Source: Vicugna vicugna (Eukaryota). Taken from it: 64,000 bases of DNA. A program made the translations under genes and the position numbers. Numbering within the stretch: the stretch's first letter is position 1; every line of letters begins with the position of its first letter. The stretch is taken from NCBI GenBank assembly GCA_013265495.1, contig MU058065.1, forward strand, positions 4,748,976 to 4,812,975, in the 5' to 3' direction. Positions 38,280-51,914 of this stretch are shown in pieces. Below the pieces are notes generated by a model. It searched no databases, was not told the origin of the DNA, and was given only the letters and a program-made list of their open reading frames with translations.

Positions 38280-38600
38280 CCTGTTATTAGGCACTTACTT
38301 GGTCCCTGTGTCTAGGGAGCTCTTCCCTGTGTTTCATGTGCCTTGTTCTTTTTTATTCTTTAGGTCAGAGTAAAATTGTCACTTTCTCAGAAAGGCTGTC
38401 CCTGGCCATCCTTACTTCTGAGAGCGTGGTCTCCTTTTCATATTTTCTTAATCCTCCTAATCTCTAGTTGAAACTATTTTGTTTAATCATTCGTTTGCTT
38501 ATTGGTGCCACTACAATATCAACTCCTAGGAGAACAGTGATGTACTTTAAAGGATGAATCCCAAGCCCCCTGGAAAGGACTCAGTAAATATTTATCATGT
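38280..38600 (+). mobile_element. L2 3' region
   Basis: 'tgtcactttctcagaaaggctgtccctggcca...actcagtaaatattt'. The L2-like sequence probably extends left across the MER5s and the LTR. Confidence 0.6.
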
Positions 38601-40736
38601 AAAAGAACAAACGCCACACAAACACAACATGCTGCTTGTTTCAAACTCTGTGCTTTCAGTGGTCTGATTTCCCTTGCCTAAAATCTTGCTCTACTTTCAT
38701 TACCTTTTATTTTATGATCAGCAACATTCCCACAAAGGGCCAGGACATCTGCCTCAACTCTTTCCCTCTAAGAGCTCCTTCTTTCCTGAAGTCACATATG
38801 ACTTGGGAACATTAACTATTTGCTTAAAAAAAAAAATACCATGAATACTCGCTTCTAACGTCAATTCCTGACACACGTAGACCATGTCTTTGTGCACATG
38901 AGTAGACACTTTCTGAAGTGAATTGACCTGAGGAAGGAAAAAGCTTTCAGTGGATAATTTTAAAGGTCAAGGGACCACTGGAGAGAGAGAGAGAGACAAA
39001 GTAGACACAGGAAAGAACACCTGGTTCAATAGAGACTGAATCTTAAATTAAAAAAAAAAAAAAGAGTGCTGGAGCATCTAATGCACATCTGTGTGTTGGG
39101 AATGCTGTTTCCAGTTGTTTCCTCTTTCTGGTCCAGTGTTTTGGAAGACCTAGGTCTGCACAGAAGTGCCCCGTGCCCTTTCTCTCTTAAACTGCAGAGA
39201 ACACCGAAACTGGCACGCCCACCAGGACATGCTGGGAAGCCGCAGGCAGCCGTTCGCGGCAAGTCGGCTGCTACAGAAACTCCCCTTTTATGATGTTACG
39301 TTGTCTATATGAGAGCAATCAAAGAGATCAGCTGGAAATCCCCCAGCACCGAGCAGGAACTGAGGGGCTCACACACAGCTCCTTGAGGTGTCTTGCCGGG
39401 AGTGCAGTAGGGCTCTACAGCACGAATTAACATGCCAATCCTAAGAGACTGATCTGTTCCTCCTGAGAAGGGAATGCTTGCTGGCATCAGATGGACCGAG
39501 CCAGAGAGAGGACAAAATCCTCAAATGATGATCTAATATGTTGGAATTAGGATGCTTTCATCTTCCAACAGTCCAGGGAGAGTGTCTTCATTTTGTGTGT
39601 CTTAGCTCTCCCGAGGGACCAAGGATAGAATTATTTACACATACTTACTCTTAGGCATGCATTTTTATGCTTGAAGATCGAGGCTAGCCCCAGCAAAACT
39701 GTTAGAGGTTTGACAGCATTTTAATTCTTTTCACTTCACTGTCTTTCTAGAATCTGAAAATTCAGGAGGTTGCTTAGTTCTCAAGACTCAGGAATCAGAG
39801 ATGTGCATTTGCATTCATTTTCCTTCATTTTCCTTCATCTACATTCTTGCACTCGCTCTCCCCTTCTTCCCTTAATATTCACTCCTCCATTCAAGGACTC
39901 AACACTCTCCAGCGCTACCCACTGGTTGTCAGCATCCCTTTCTCCACTCACACCTGCCCTCTCCTGTAATCTCCCGAACTTCAGAACTTTCCCCTCATCA
40001 CCTTCCTGGGTCAGTTTCCTTAAAGCAAAAGATATTTGCTAGAGCTAACTTGATAACCTAATTTGCACTCTGTTTATGACCTAATGTGTTACCTTTCCCA
40101 AGTAATGGATTTGCTTTAAAAGACATGTCAAACTCTATAACTCAAAGACTGAAAACAGGAATTTCTAGCAATTTTGGAGATCAGGGAAACAAAGAGAAGA
40201 TTTGGGCGGTGGGGAAGGCAAGCCATGTGGTGGTGGTCTCAGTCACAACACAGGGTCTCACCTTGCAGAACAGACTTAATTAGCATAATCCGATTTACCA
40301 TGCTCTATGCACAGCACCAATGCACAATTCTTCATGCACTCCTGGAGCTAGAGTCACTGCCCCAGTCCGACTTGCAGTATCTGTGGACTGGCCAGAGTGG
40401 AGTGCGGAAAGGATAGATCTTTCTAGGCTCATAGAGAAGAGACTCATGAGAAAGGGAGAAAGAGAAAACTACCAGTTTAGAGACCTACACAATATACTTA
40501 GTCTGCCTTTTGGATGCACTTGAAACAAATCTATTAAAAAGATTTATAGGGAGTGACTTTAGGCAGACTTCAGTTTAATATATATTTATTGACTGCCAAT
40601 GCAAAATTAATAATGATAATAATAAATGACTAATCAGTAACACTGAATTAGCACTTACTTTGTATCATTCACTCCACTAAGCATTTTACATGGATTATTT
40701 CTACTAGTAATTTCATCAACCTTGTTGTTTGGAAGG

Positions 40737-40954
40737 CAGTGGTATGCTAATTAACTGGCCCTCTGGGGAGAAAAAAAAAATGGTCTGACTGGTAGCATTT
40801 GCTGATTGCCATGGTGGGAACAGTCCCAACATGGATGATTTCAAGCTACTAACAGCTCACAAAATTTCTGAATATGTAACAATCGGCCTATAACGTTCCT
40901 AAATGTAGCAACTGGCTCTCGTCACTAGTATGAGCTGATTCTGGCACACCATAA
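40737..40954. mobile_element. MER63-like hAT-Blackjack MITE
   Basis: Imperfect TIRs 'cagtggtatgct' and 'ggcacacca'. Internal 'tagcatttgctgattgccatggtg...gatttcaagctactaac...gctcacaaaatttctgaa'. Confidence 0.75.
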
Positions 40955-40983
40955 ATGGAAGATACTTTTGTTTCCCTCTTTGT

Positions 40984-41088
40984 TAGAATGGCCAGTTCAT
41001 CCCAGTGTGTCTGGGGCTTTCCTACTTTTTAGCATTGAAACATCTGTGTCTAGGGGATCCCAGGCAAACTGGGACTGTGGTCACCCCA
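40984..41088. mobile_element. MER81-like hAT-Blackjack MITE
   Basis: 'catcccagtgtgtctggggctttcctactttttagcattgaaa...tcccaggcaaactgggactgtggtcaccc'. Confidence 0.75.
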
Positions 41089-43984
41089 CCCTCTGTACAA
41101 ATGAAGAAACAGACTTGGAGGATTGAAGAAATTTGTCCAAGATCACACAGGTAGTAAGTTGCAGAGTGCTGTCAGGACCCTGGAGGTCCAGCACAGAGAG
41201 CCGGGGAGCTTCCCTGCTGCAGAGATCAGGACTTCATCTTTCAGCGGAGACCAGCCATGAGTGCACAACTGATCATGGAAGAGAGGACAAACACACACAC
41301 ACACACGCAAATAGATACATTTTATTAAAAAATGGAAAAACTAGGGTGCTCTGTGGCAAAATTAAGGTATATTTTATGGATATGAAAGAATGGACTACAA
41401 GCTGGTGGTTTTGCCTACCACAAAGATTGAGCTCAGTCTCTATTTACCGAGAGCCCCCCAAAGGAACTTTCCAGTCTTCTAGGACCTGCATTAACATAAT
41501 TCGATATAAATCCTCCACATTACACGATGGCTGCTGATGAAGCAGCGCACATCCACAGCAGCATGATCAATGCTGCATCTTTCAACAGCCTAGGACATTT
41601 TACGTGAGAAAATGTGCCTTTAGTGATGCACTGTTGAATACAGTCTTCATTAGCTATGATGCAATCCTTCAATTTAGGAAACCATTTCAATGATTATTCC
41701 TAATGAGTATCAAAACATTTATATGAAACATAGCTCTCTTTCCCTCCTAAACTGAAACTCATGAAATTTAGTATATCCTTTAATGATAATAGCCTTCAAG
41801 AATAAGTCTCACGAATCAGTGTGAATGTTCTATTATTTGTCAAGTGAAACAAAGTTTTGTTTGGAAAGTTCAAATTTTGCTTTTTCATTTCCAATAGAGG
41901 TTTCAATAAATGTCATCTGTAAAAATTCAAATGATTTGCTTAGAATATTTTGAGCACCACTTTTAACCTAATAGACACTTTTCAAAGGATAGAATGAATT
42001 ATCTACATAGAGATGAGTTATTCTGATTTTGTAAAATGCCATTCTGAAGGCATTAGAAGAGTGCAAAGTGACATTAATTCACAATAAGCAATGTTCCAAA
42101 GAAGTTGATTCAATAAGAATATATACATGAGAAAAACAGCAATTCTCAGCACCCATGAGATATCTTAATTATCTTAAAAGCTTTCAAGAAACTCTTTCCA
42201 AATACTCTTTCTTTAAAAAAATCTAATACACATCTCATGTCATTAACTTCAAAAAATAAATATACGTGAAATAGAGCTTTGTGTGTGTGTGTGACAGAAA
42301 GTGAAGGAAATAGGTATGTTTAAGTTAGGGATTTCAAAATAGTAACCAGAAATAGATTTAAATTTTATTTCACAGAGGGCTTTTTGTCCCTAAGGTCTAC
42401 CTCATGCTAAAATTGCATGAATTGAATAGTGCAAAAGGGATTTAGAAAAAAATCTGACAGAATACTGGATCTAACCCTTGGGGGAAAAAAGCTCATCTGA
42501 CCCAAGTGGGTAGCAAAAGAATTGTAGGTGAGGGGTATGAGGGTGAGGAAACCTGGGAGGGAAAGAGTCTCTCCAATATAAATCATCAGTTTTGTGTTTT
42601 GCATAAAGACAGTACTGCTATTTTCATTCGTTTCTTTTGCCTAGGGGCCCAGAATTTAAGTTGAAATCATTGACCTTGTACATCTGATTTCAGAAAACTT
42701 GGAAAATATGAGATACTTTCACTTTTAAAGGAAACTTAACAGTCTCATTTCTGGCATGGTTCAGAATCAGTTTTGCCTGTAAGCCACAAACAACTGAACA
42801 TTCTAGATTCAGAAATTAGGACTTGAGTTCTGATTTGGGATTGAGAGTTATTGTAACCTCCAAATTTTATGCCAATTTTCTCTTGGAAAATTATTGAAAT
42901 ATCTTATCAATTTCTTATCAAAGAAACTCAACAAAATTTAAGACTCTCTGGTAGAATGTCTGGCATACAATCATATAATTCAGTATTTATGGATCTTTAT
43001 TACAAACTTGATTAGTTAGAAGATGTACAATGAAGTTATAATAAACCCTCGTCACATCTTTACTATATATTAAGCTTGTGATAAAAAGCTTACAAATTAA
43101 AGCAGATGGAATGAGTCTAAATCTGATAAATCCCAAAATAATTATTTAAATATACTTATTATACATTTTAATGATATTCTTGAATCGCACCAGTAACATG
43201 TTCTCCGAGACACAAGCCCTAGTCTGATTTTCATAGTGACAGAGCTGGCCTTTGGTCAGAAGCAATCATCCGTATAACACAATTTTAGGGAAGTTATTAA
43301 GATAAGCCTGAACCCACAAATGCCCTATTCCCTTGCTGGGCTGGAAATCCTACCACTGCAGATCCATTCTTCAATCCCACCTTCCTTTGTTTCATCTAAA
43401 CTATACATATCCCTTGGGAAAAGAATCATTGCTTTAACCTCCATCATTCATTTATCATAATCATAAACAAGATCATGGAAGCCTCGCATGACTGCTCATA
43501 TTTTGAAAAGGAAGAGGGAAGGGAATCTTGAACACAAGAGGAAGTAAAGTTTCCACTGATAAACAAGGTAATTATGAAAGTGGAAGCAAGGGATGCTAAA
43601 GATGGGTCTCACTCAGGTGTTGTTTATAATTAACAGAAAAATGCATTAAAAATAAGAGCACAGACACATGTAAGAATAGGATCTTTAATATGCTGGGGCA
43701 ATGCAAGTGCCAACCGAGAAATCTATGTGCAGATAAAAGATCATTCCAGATAAGAGAAAATAAAAAGATTTTGATGTCCACAAAGGTTAACAAAAGTTAC
43801 TACTGATAAACTGACACTGTAAGATAAATTAATGAATTTATAGCAAATTGCCATCTCCCACACCAGCCATACATACTTTTATTCTACACACACACACACA
43901 TATTGTAAATAAAAACCCTTTCAGACTGTTTTATTAGCAAGCCTCACTGAACTTTCAAGGAACACATTTCTGTCTTATTAAAGT

Positions 43985-46680
43985 GACTCAAAGAAGAGAC
44001 AAAGAAAGATATGCATCCTTTCCAAAACATAATTCATGTATAACTTTGACACCTAAATCTCATGTAGATTGTACAAAAATAAATGGATAAACTAATATTA
44101 TTGTAAACATAGGTGCAAAAATATAAATAAAAAATTAGGAAACCAAATTCAACAATTTGTAAAAGGATAATGTTTTATGATCAAGTAGAAACTATTCAAA
44201 AAATATAAAAGTGGCATTACATGGCAGTATATTAATGCAATTCACTGCATTAGAGGATTTGAAAGTAGAAAACATATACCACCATCTCAACAGTTGCAGG
44301 AAAAGCAATCTTTCAATTCAATACTCATTCCTGGTAAAGTCTTTAGCAAGTTACTCATAGAAAGACACTTCTTTCGCTAGTAAATTTTATCTACATCAAA
44401 CAATGCTTAATGGTAGGTGTTCAGAAACAGTTCTTATAAAGTTGGGAATAAGATAAGATGACTAGTGTCACCTCTACCAGCCAACATTTTCCTGACAGCC
44501 CTTGCCAACCTAATAATAAGGCAAAGGAAATGAACACAAGCATTTTTATAGGCAAAGAGATAATTGTCTATAAAGAAAATGTAAAAGAAACTAAAACAAA
44601 GGATTAAATTTTAATAAGACTGGTTGTCAGGGTTGCTTGAATTAATATGGGTATAGAAAAACTAATAATCATAGCGATCATTTGAAACTTCTAACAACTA
44701 TATACAAGTAAATAATACCAGCAAAAAATATAAGCTACCTAGGAATAAATCAAACAGAAGATGAGCAAGAATAGAGAGAGGTACAAAATTATAACTGAAC
44801 GTTCCTGAAGAACCTGTGATTAAATAGGGAGGTGTACTGTGTTTGTGGGTAGACATAGTCAATGTCATAAAATGTCAATTCTCCACCACATTAGTCTACA
44901 CATTTATATATCCCGTAAACTATCAAACATGTTTTTTGATAGAAAGGCAAACTATTAGTCAAATTCATATTAAAAAATAAAATTCTAACCACAGCCAGCA
45001 GCCAAGACAATTATAAAGAGTGAACAAGGAAGTGGTACTTTATCAGAGAGCAAGAGTTATCATAAAATGATAGTATGGTGAACCCTTGGACAACACAGGT
45101 TTGAACTGCGCGGGTTCACTTATATGTGAAATTTTTGTCCCTAAATACATATCACAATATTATACGATCCTCAGTTGGTTGGTAAAATCCACAGATGCAG
45201 AACTGTCGATAGGGAGGGCCAACTGTAAAGTTATATGTGGATAGTTGATGGCCTAACCTCCTGCATAGTTTAAGGGTCAAATATAATTAAAGCAGCATGA
45301 TACTACAACAGGACTCAATAAAGGACTCAGTGCAACAGGATGGAGAGCCCATAGAAGGAGCAGATGTGGATGGGAATCTGGTGTCTGATGAACAGCACTA
45401 CACATCAGCAAAGGATGATGTTTAGCTGACTAGTTTTCATAACAGAAAAAAAAAAGGAAATTAAATTAAATTCCTACTTCACATTATATCCCCAAATTTA
45501 TTCCAGGGGATGATAGATCAAAATATATATATGTTTTTAAATTTACTGTCATTAGAGAAATATTTAATTTCATTTATAAATTCTGATAGAATATTATTTC
45601 TTTACTAAAAGCTTAACTCCAAAAAAAAAATTAGGATTACATTAAAATGTAAACATCCTCCCCATAAAAGACATGATGAACAAAGTTGAACAAGCAAAGA
45701 AAAACTGAAAGAAAATATTCACAAGGAGTAAAATAAAGGGTTAGGGCCCAAATTTGAAAATAATTCCTATACACCTATAAGAAAAAAAAAAAGCAACCAC
45801 ACAGGGAAGTGAACAAAGGATTTCATTAAGCAATTCACAGAAAAGACAGTTCAAAGGCAAAAAAAAATTTGCAAAAAGTTGCATTGTCTCACAAGGTACG
45901 GAAAAATGCAAATTCATTCATTTGTTGGATTTTCATGTTATAACTATTAGCTCGGCATTTTTTAAAAGTATAAAAATACTAAAAGTTAATGATTACGTGG
46001 AAGAATAGTCAGTGCCGATGCCAGAGTAAGTTGTCACTCCCTCTTTAGAGAACAATTTGACAATTCCTAGTCAATTAAAAATGTGTTTGGTCTAGGACCC
46101 ATATAACTGTACTTCTGGATAAGCATTACAAGGAAATTCTTACCCCCGTGCATCGGGAGACTTGTCAAGAATGGTCCTTGAAGCCTTGCTTATAATTGTT
46201 ATAAAAATGGAAACAACTTAAGTATCCAACAGTAAGAAAACCTATGCACTCATTGTGGAATATAAGAGAATACTACACAGTGGTTAAAATAAACAAGTTA
46301 GGGCTACGGGATTCCATATACAGATCTCAAAGCATCATGTTTCATGGATGGGGGTGGAAGGGAAGCAAGATGAAGACTGTTGAATACAGCACGGTATCAC
46401 TGAACAAACATACAAATAGGCAGACATGTACACACACAATAATTGACTGAGAACCTACACAAGTATTTGCTAGATTTGATAGTGGTACTTTCTTCAGAAA
46501 GACAAAGGTGAAAATGTTTGAGGAAGAGGCTTAATGGTATCTTTTTTTTTCCTTTAAAATATATATTGTAAGCAATAGGCTATATTTTAAGATTTTTAAC
46601 AATGGTTATTAAGTCAAGAGAATTTTAATACTAATCTTATTTTTTGATACTTTACCGCATTTACTAATTTTTTTTAAAAA
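43985..46680 (+). mobile_element. Old L1 (L1ME-type) ORF2 RT-to-C-terminus and 3' UTR, decayed
   Basis: 'aacataggtgcaaaaatataaataaaaaattaggaaaccaaattcaacaa' (cf. NIDAKILNKILANRIQQ), 'taagctacctaggaataaatc' and 'atggaaacaacttaagtatccaacagtaaga'. Many stops and frameshifts. Confidence 0.85.
45076..45283. mobile_element. Tigger2-derived MITE (TcMar) nested in the L1
   Basis: Decayed TIRs 'tggtgaacccttggacaac' and 'atagtttaagggtcaaata', with TA on both sides (45074-75, 45284-85). Internal 'ggtttgaactgcgcgggttcacttatatg'. Confidence 0.8.
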
Positions 46681-47077
46681 AATGCATAAATGTCATTTCC
46701 TCTTTCCATTCTCCTACATTGGTAAATATGAAAATGCACATGGATGAGAGTTATACATAGCTCAGTGGTTATTTCTTATGGAGATGCCTTATTAATTCAT
46801 GACCAGACTTTTCAGTTTTTGAAGCATGGTATGAAATCAATAAATGACATTTATCCAGAGACTACATGAAGTAGTTGAGAAATTAGTGTTCCAAGAAAAT
46901 GCCCCGGTGGAAAGAAATCAATTTGCATCTTCAGTCTGTAACACCTTCAAATGATCTAAACAGTGTCTTTTATAATGAAAGTCCCAAATGAAAGTCATAA
47001 ATTACCGATATCAGAAAGGAGCGACACGGTCTAGGAAATATGTCATTGGAAATAGTTACAAGGTTAAATTATAAAGC

Positions 47078-47094
47078 AAATTTTGCTGACTCAT
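47078..47094. promoter_or_regulatory. Candidate CNC-sMAF (ARE/MARE) site AAATTTTGCTGACTCAT
   Basis: Exact TGCTGA(C/G)TCAT core at 47084-47094 with an AT-rich flank, in non-repeat sequence. Binding is not demonstrated. Confidence 0.35.
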
Positions 47095-50000
47095 GACATT
47101 ATTTTACATGGTGGAGCAAATGGCAAACATTTGTTTAGGAGAAAACGCCTATCTTTTTCTCATTTCTTTATTCAAACTCTGTAGGTAGTCAGTTCCAATT
47201 GCTATGCCTGGCACTGGTCGTTCAGTTTCTTTCAAGCCAAGTAAAACAGATGGAGGATAGCTAGACTGATGAAAAATAATTTACTATGATATGTTCACAA
47301 AATTTCACACTTTCCAAGAGTTACAATAGCTATATTGTTCATTGGAAAATATTTAGATGGGCCCAGGGCAGAGAGAAATAAGAGATTTTCACTGAAAGCA
47401 AGGCACTGGAAATACATTATCAAAACCAGGAACAGAAGACGCTCCTGAAAAATATGTTCATGCAGCTGGTGGGTATGATGACTGTTCATGTTGGCATCCT
47501 GATTGCTTAGTAATTCCAAATACCATTCAGGATTAGAAATAGTTTAAAGGTTTGAGATTCTTGGTCCTGCAAGATTTGTGATGAGAAAGCTTTTTTAATA
47601 AAAAAGGGAAGGAACAGTAAGTTATCATGGGGGCAAGGAAAAAATGGACACCTATAAACAGTTATTAATTTGCCATGTTGGGTTGTGAGAATACCTGTAT
47701 GCCTCCATGTCTGAATATATTGGGAAAAAGTGATGTTCTGCTTAAATCACTCAGCTCAGTTTGCTGAGAAATCATTAGCCGTGGGCCTTCATAAGAACAA
47801 ATCCAGTCTTTAAGGGGCTGTCTTAATGTGTTGCTCCTTCTTTCAGTCATTGGTAATTTTACAATATTTCAATGGATGTTCAACGCTGGAGTCAGGGCCA
47901 GTGGGATATTTGCTCAGAGTACTAGGGAAACACTCAGTAATTAAGCCAACATAGCAATTCACCTCAATTAAAAGGAACCTCCAGGACAAAGTTGATTTTC
48001 TGATTTTCAACAGTCAGTTGCTTCTATGCTTTACGGGAGTGTTAGTCAAATTAGGACCACCCGTGTCACTGGCAGCAAACTTCGTGTAACTCAGGATTTG
48101 TTTCTGAGCTTTCGTGTCACTAATCAGTTAGATAAACCTTCTTGGGTGCTTCGTTCCAGGCTATGAAACTCTCCATCTGGAAAGAAAGTTTATTTCTGGT
48201 TATTTTATTTTGTTTTATTTAATTTTTTTTTAATTTGTCTTCGGATAGTCTCTAGGCTACATATATTTTCAGCTCTCTAAATTACATCCTGGAGAACGTC
48301 AGTAAAAGGAGAAACAAAGAAATACATAGACATTTTCAGATCACTACTGACATAGGTTCCAGAAAGAAAGAAAATATCACTCCTAAAATGCTGTTAAACC
48401 CAAATGCCCCTGTAAAAAGCAGATCTCACTACAGAACATCGCACAAGACAAGATGGAAGTCCTTACACAGCTTGTACGTATATCTGCCAAGCCTTTGGAA
48501 TTCCAAATTCCAGAACCCTCCATCCTCCTATTCACCCCTTGGTGTTTCCATAATGCAAGAAAATCCCTGGGGTGGTTGATGGTGGACCTTAGAGGCAATG
48601 ACTATACAATAGGACTATTAGCCAATAGCTTGCATGAACAAGAGGATTACCACTTGGTTTTACACTTATACCGTTAAGTCAACCTGGAGAACTGGACCAA
48701 ACATAGGACCAAGTTAATTTGCAATTTTAATGACAAAATCAGGTTACCCTCCTTGTGATTGGAATTGATTTATGCTACATAGGTTTATTTATCCCTCAAC
48801 TATCATCAAAGGGGTTTAGCAATCTCTGTTGAACACCCTTTTCCCTTTGCCCATTCCAACCCTAATCAACAAGTTTTATTTTGGACCATCAAACTACAGA
48901 GAGAGGGAAAGAGAGAGAATGGTTTTCTCTCAAATGCTAATGAACAATTCATTCTGGCATGTAAGACCAATACAAACAACTCTTAGGTAAAGTTCCTACT
49001 TCCTAATGAACAGTGCCCTTGGGCTCTAGACTGCTGTCCCAAATAAATGACTCCACAAACCCAAAAGCTCATTATTGGCATGAAACAGGCCCAGCCTCGG
49101 GCATCCGTGGCCCTATTCAGATCATTAAGAATCTTCAGTTGCTTGCTGCTTTGTCCTTTTTGTATTTAAGAGGCCAAAAAGACACTGATTTCCATCTGAT
49201 CCCACACCTGTAAGCCTATTTCTTATTTCAGATTTTATCATCTCCCCACTCTCCATCTTGGGTTCTCTATTTATTTATTTTTTTAACCTACATAAAATTA
49301 AGACTTTCTCTCAGGTCAGTGACCCTACTTTTGAGGTTCACTAGTGGACCTCTACCAGCTGGGGACTTAACCTTTTTATTGTTTCACAAAACCCACCACA
49401 GAGGGTCACAACCTTGTCAGGAATTTGCTCCTTTCAAGTCTGGGCACCCACAAACCTGACACAAGTTTAATAAGTGAATGTAGATCTGAGTTGAAATTGT
49501 TTCAGAGAACCTGGAGGGGACCATTTAAAATACTTCCCATGTCTAATTCACATATGTTTCAGAACAAGTTCCCAGGAGAGTAGCACAGTCCAAATTTTTG
49601 GACATGTCTTGTAAATTAGCAAGTAATTTAACTTGTAAAATATTTTATTTTTCTATTATAATGCATATGGAAGCTTTCAGAGTGCAAGTCTGTTTTTCCC
49701 CCCAGTGGGTGCTAATGAAAGAATCTTTTATTTTAAGCAAAATATTCATTCTTATTATTGTACCTGTTAAGATTTTTTTGTTTTTCACTTCCACAGGCAT
49801 CGTGATAAGCAAATCTACATTTTCACTTGCCAAAACTTCTCGTTTCTAGAATTGTGGTTAGTGGGAAATAGTTCACACTTAGGCTTTCTCATCGGGGTGT
49901 TGCTTTCCTTACATTTGTTCGAGGTATCATGACATTGAACTAAACATCCGTTCCATAGCTCTGTTACACTTGTATTTCGAATATTTTGTTTTGGTAAGGA

Positions 50001-50313
50001 AAAGTGTTTCTTTGAGAAAATGATTTCAAAGAAATATTTGATAATGGAAAGCTAAAAAACAGGAGATAATTAGAGAAGAAACTATGGGCTCAGTGCTAGC
50101 ATTTTCTCATTGAGACAAGTTAAAAGATATTTAGAGTAGAGGAGAGAAGCTGGGGACTAGAAAGAAAAAAGTTGAAGAGCTCTTTTCTCCTGTAGAAACT
50201 GATTGTAGAAGAGTGAGGAAATGGAGGTAGAATATTACATGTAGCTTTCTCACACTTTCTATTTTGGTGTAACGTTCATCAGTGCTTGTGATGACCCTAT
50301 TCGGGACTGTCTT

Positions 50314-50430
50314 CATTCATTCATTCATTAAGCAAGGCTTTGATGAGCAGTTTGAAGGTTAAGACATACAGCAAATATAAAGAGAAATAGGACATGATTC
50401 CCCTATCCCCAAAGAGTCTGTCTTTGATCT
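50314..50430 (-). mobile_element. L2 3' terminus
   Basis: (TTCA)n 'ttcattcattcattcatt' followed by 'gacatgattcccctatccccaaagagtct'. Confidence 0.55.
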
Positions 50431-51009
50431 GTTTAAAGAAGGAAATGGAAATGGACTTTCCTAGGATGAGACAACTAGAAAAGTCAACTCAAAAAAAATA
50501 TAAGTGAGTTACTTCTAACATGCAGAATTCAGTTAATTGAGAGAAAAGCTTTGCTTTGAGTTCGACTTCCTGCTGGCCATTAGGTCAGGGAGGGACTTAG
50601 CGTGCACTGGTGAAGGGAGTGGAAAATGCTACTGGTCAAAGCACAAAATGAAACAGTATTTATTTTGTCTTTAAAAAGTGTTTTTCCAAACTGTCTTTAA
50701 AACATTTGTTATATGTATATTTAATCTATTTTTCTAAATAGTTCTCTTTTCACTTAAATTTTCTAAAAGAGGTTAAAATATTCACAATTAAGTGAGTAGA
50801 GCAAGAAAGTAAGATTGGATCCTTCCGGCCAGCCCCCATTTTTGGATCAGTGGCTAAGATGGCAGGGGGTGGGGGTGCTGACATTGCAAACCTGAATACC
50901 AAAGTGATAACAAATGCCAAATTGTGCCTAATGGTGTGCCACTAAATGAAATCAATATTTAGGGATATTTCCTTGCTGAGAGAGTCCTGACATATGCTCT
51001 TCTTTTCAT

Positions 51010-51240
51010 ACAGGTTAAAAGCAATGTTTACAGAGCTGCCTGGGAGTTTTGCTCCAGTTCCACCACTTACTAATTTTATGAACTTGGGAAAATCACTAAA
51101 TTTCTTTCGGCTTCAATTTTCACATCTGGTATGAAAAAACAGAAGGCTTGTTTTGAGAATTAAAAGGAAAATGTACATGAAGAGTTGAGAACAGGACGTG
51201 ACCCATAATAAATGTTTCATAAATGTCAATGATGATGATG
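51010..51240 (+). mobile_element. MIR SINE
   Basis: 'ccagttccaccacttactaattttatgaacttgggaaaatcactaaatttctttcggcttcaattttcacatctg'. Confidence 0.75.
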
Positions 51241-51914
51241 ATTAAAGATGATGGGATCACTCATTTCTTCAATAAATATTATAAATAAATATTATAAATT
51301 TAAAAATGGGTTCCTATGTATCTATCACAGCCCAGATCTTCCAGGATGGGTCGCTTTACTTGTATTACTTTTAATGTTATCCATTTAAATAAAAGAGATT
51401 ATATATATATATGCTAAGGTGATATTTCTATTACATGTTCATCTAAATAAATTCACAAAAGGAAAAAATATATATCAGGTCATGAGACACAAGTGCACAG
51501 AGTTATGGTTCTAAATTTTGGAGTCAGAATGACCAGTTAATAAGCTGTGGGGTCACCTTTGGTCCATCTTTTGCAACTTTGGATAAGATAAATAATATTT
51601 TTAAACTCTTAACAATTTCCTCATCGGGAAATTGAGCTAATAGTGATACATCGTTCACAGTATTATTGGTGGTTAAATGAAATAATTCCTATCACATGCC
51701 TGGAAAAAAATTAACATATTTAAAGATATTTGCCGTTAACAGGGATTCTGGCCATATAAACAAATGTCGTGACCTTTCCATGACAAATTCTGAGTATCAA
51801 ACTGCTTATTTTAAAGAAGTGAGTCTTTATTTCTAATGGTGAGAGATGGAAGTGGGCTAGACCAATGGAATTGCTAAAGTTATCCTGGTTTTCTCTCCCC
51901 AGAAAAATACTCAA

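Larger units (their letters stand above)
40640..41190 (-). mobile_element. MIR interrupted by two hAT-Blackjack MITEs
   Basis: 'agcacttactttgtatca...ctaagcattttacatggattattt' resumes as 'tacaaatgaagaaacagacttggag...atttgtccaagatcacacaggtagtaagttgcagag'. Confidence 0.7.

Noticed and set aside
49770..49862. Strong + strand acceptor at 49795-49796 with a 60-nt open segment
   Set aside because: The following donor (GTG|GTTAGT) is modest and the peptide is unrecognised. Isolated acceptors are expected by chance.
51271..51296. 13-bp tandem duplication (also 11 bp at 60284-60305 and 10 bp at about 39816)
   Set aside because: Ordinary slippage micro-duplications with no sign of function.
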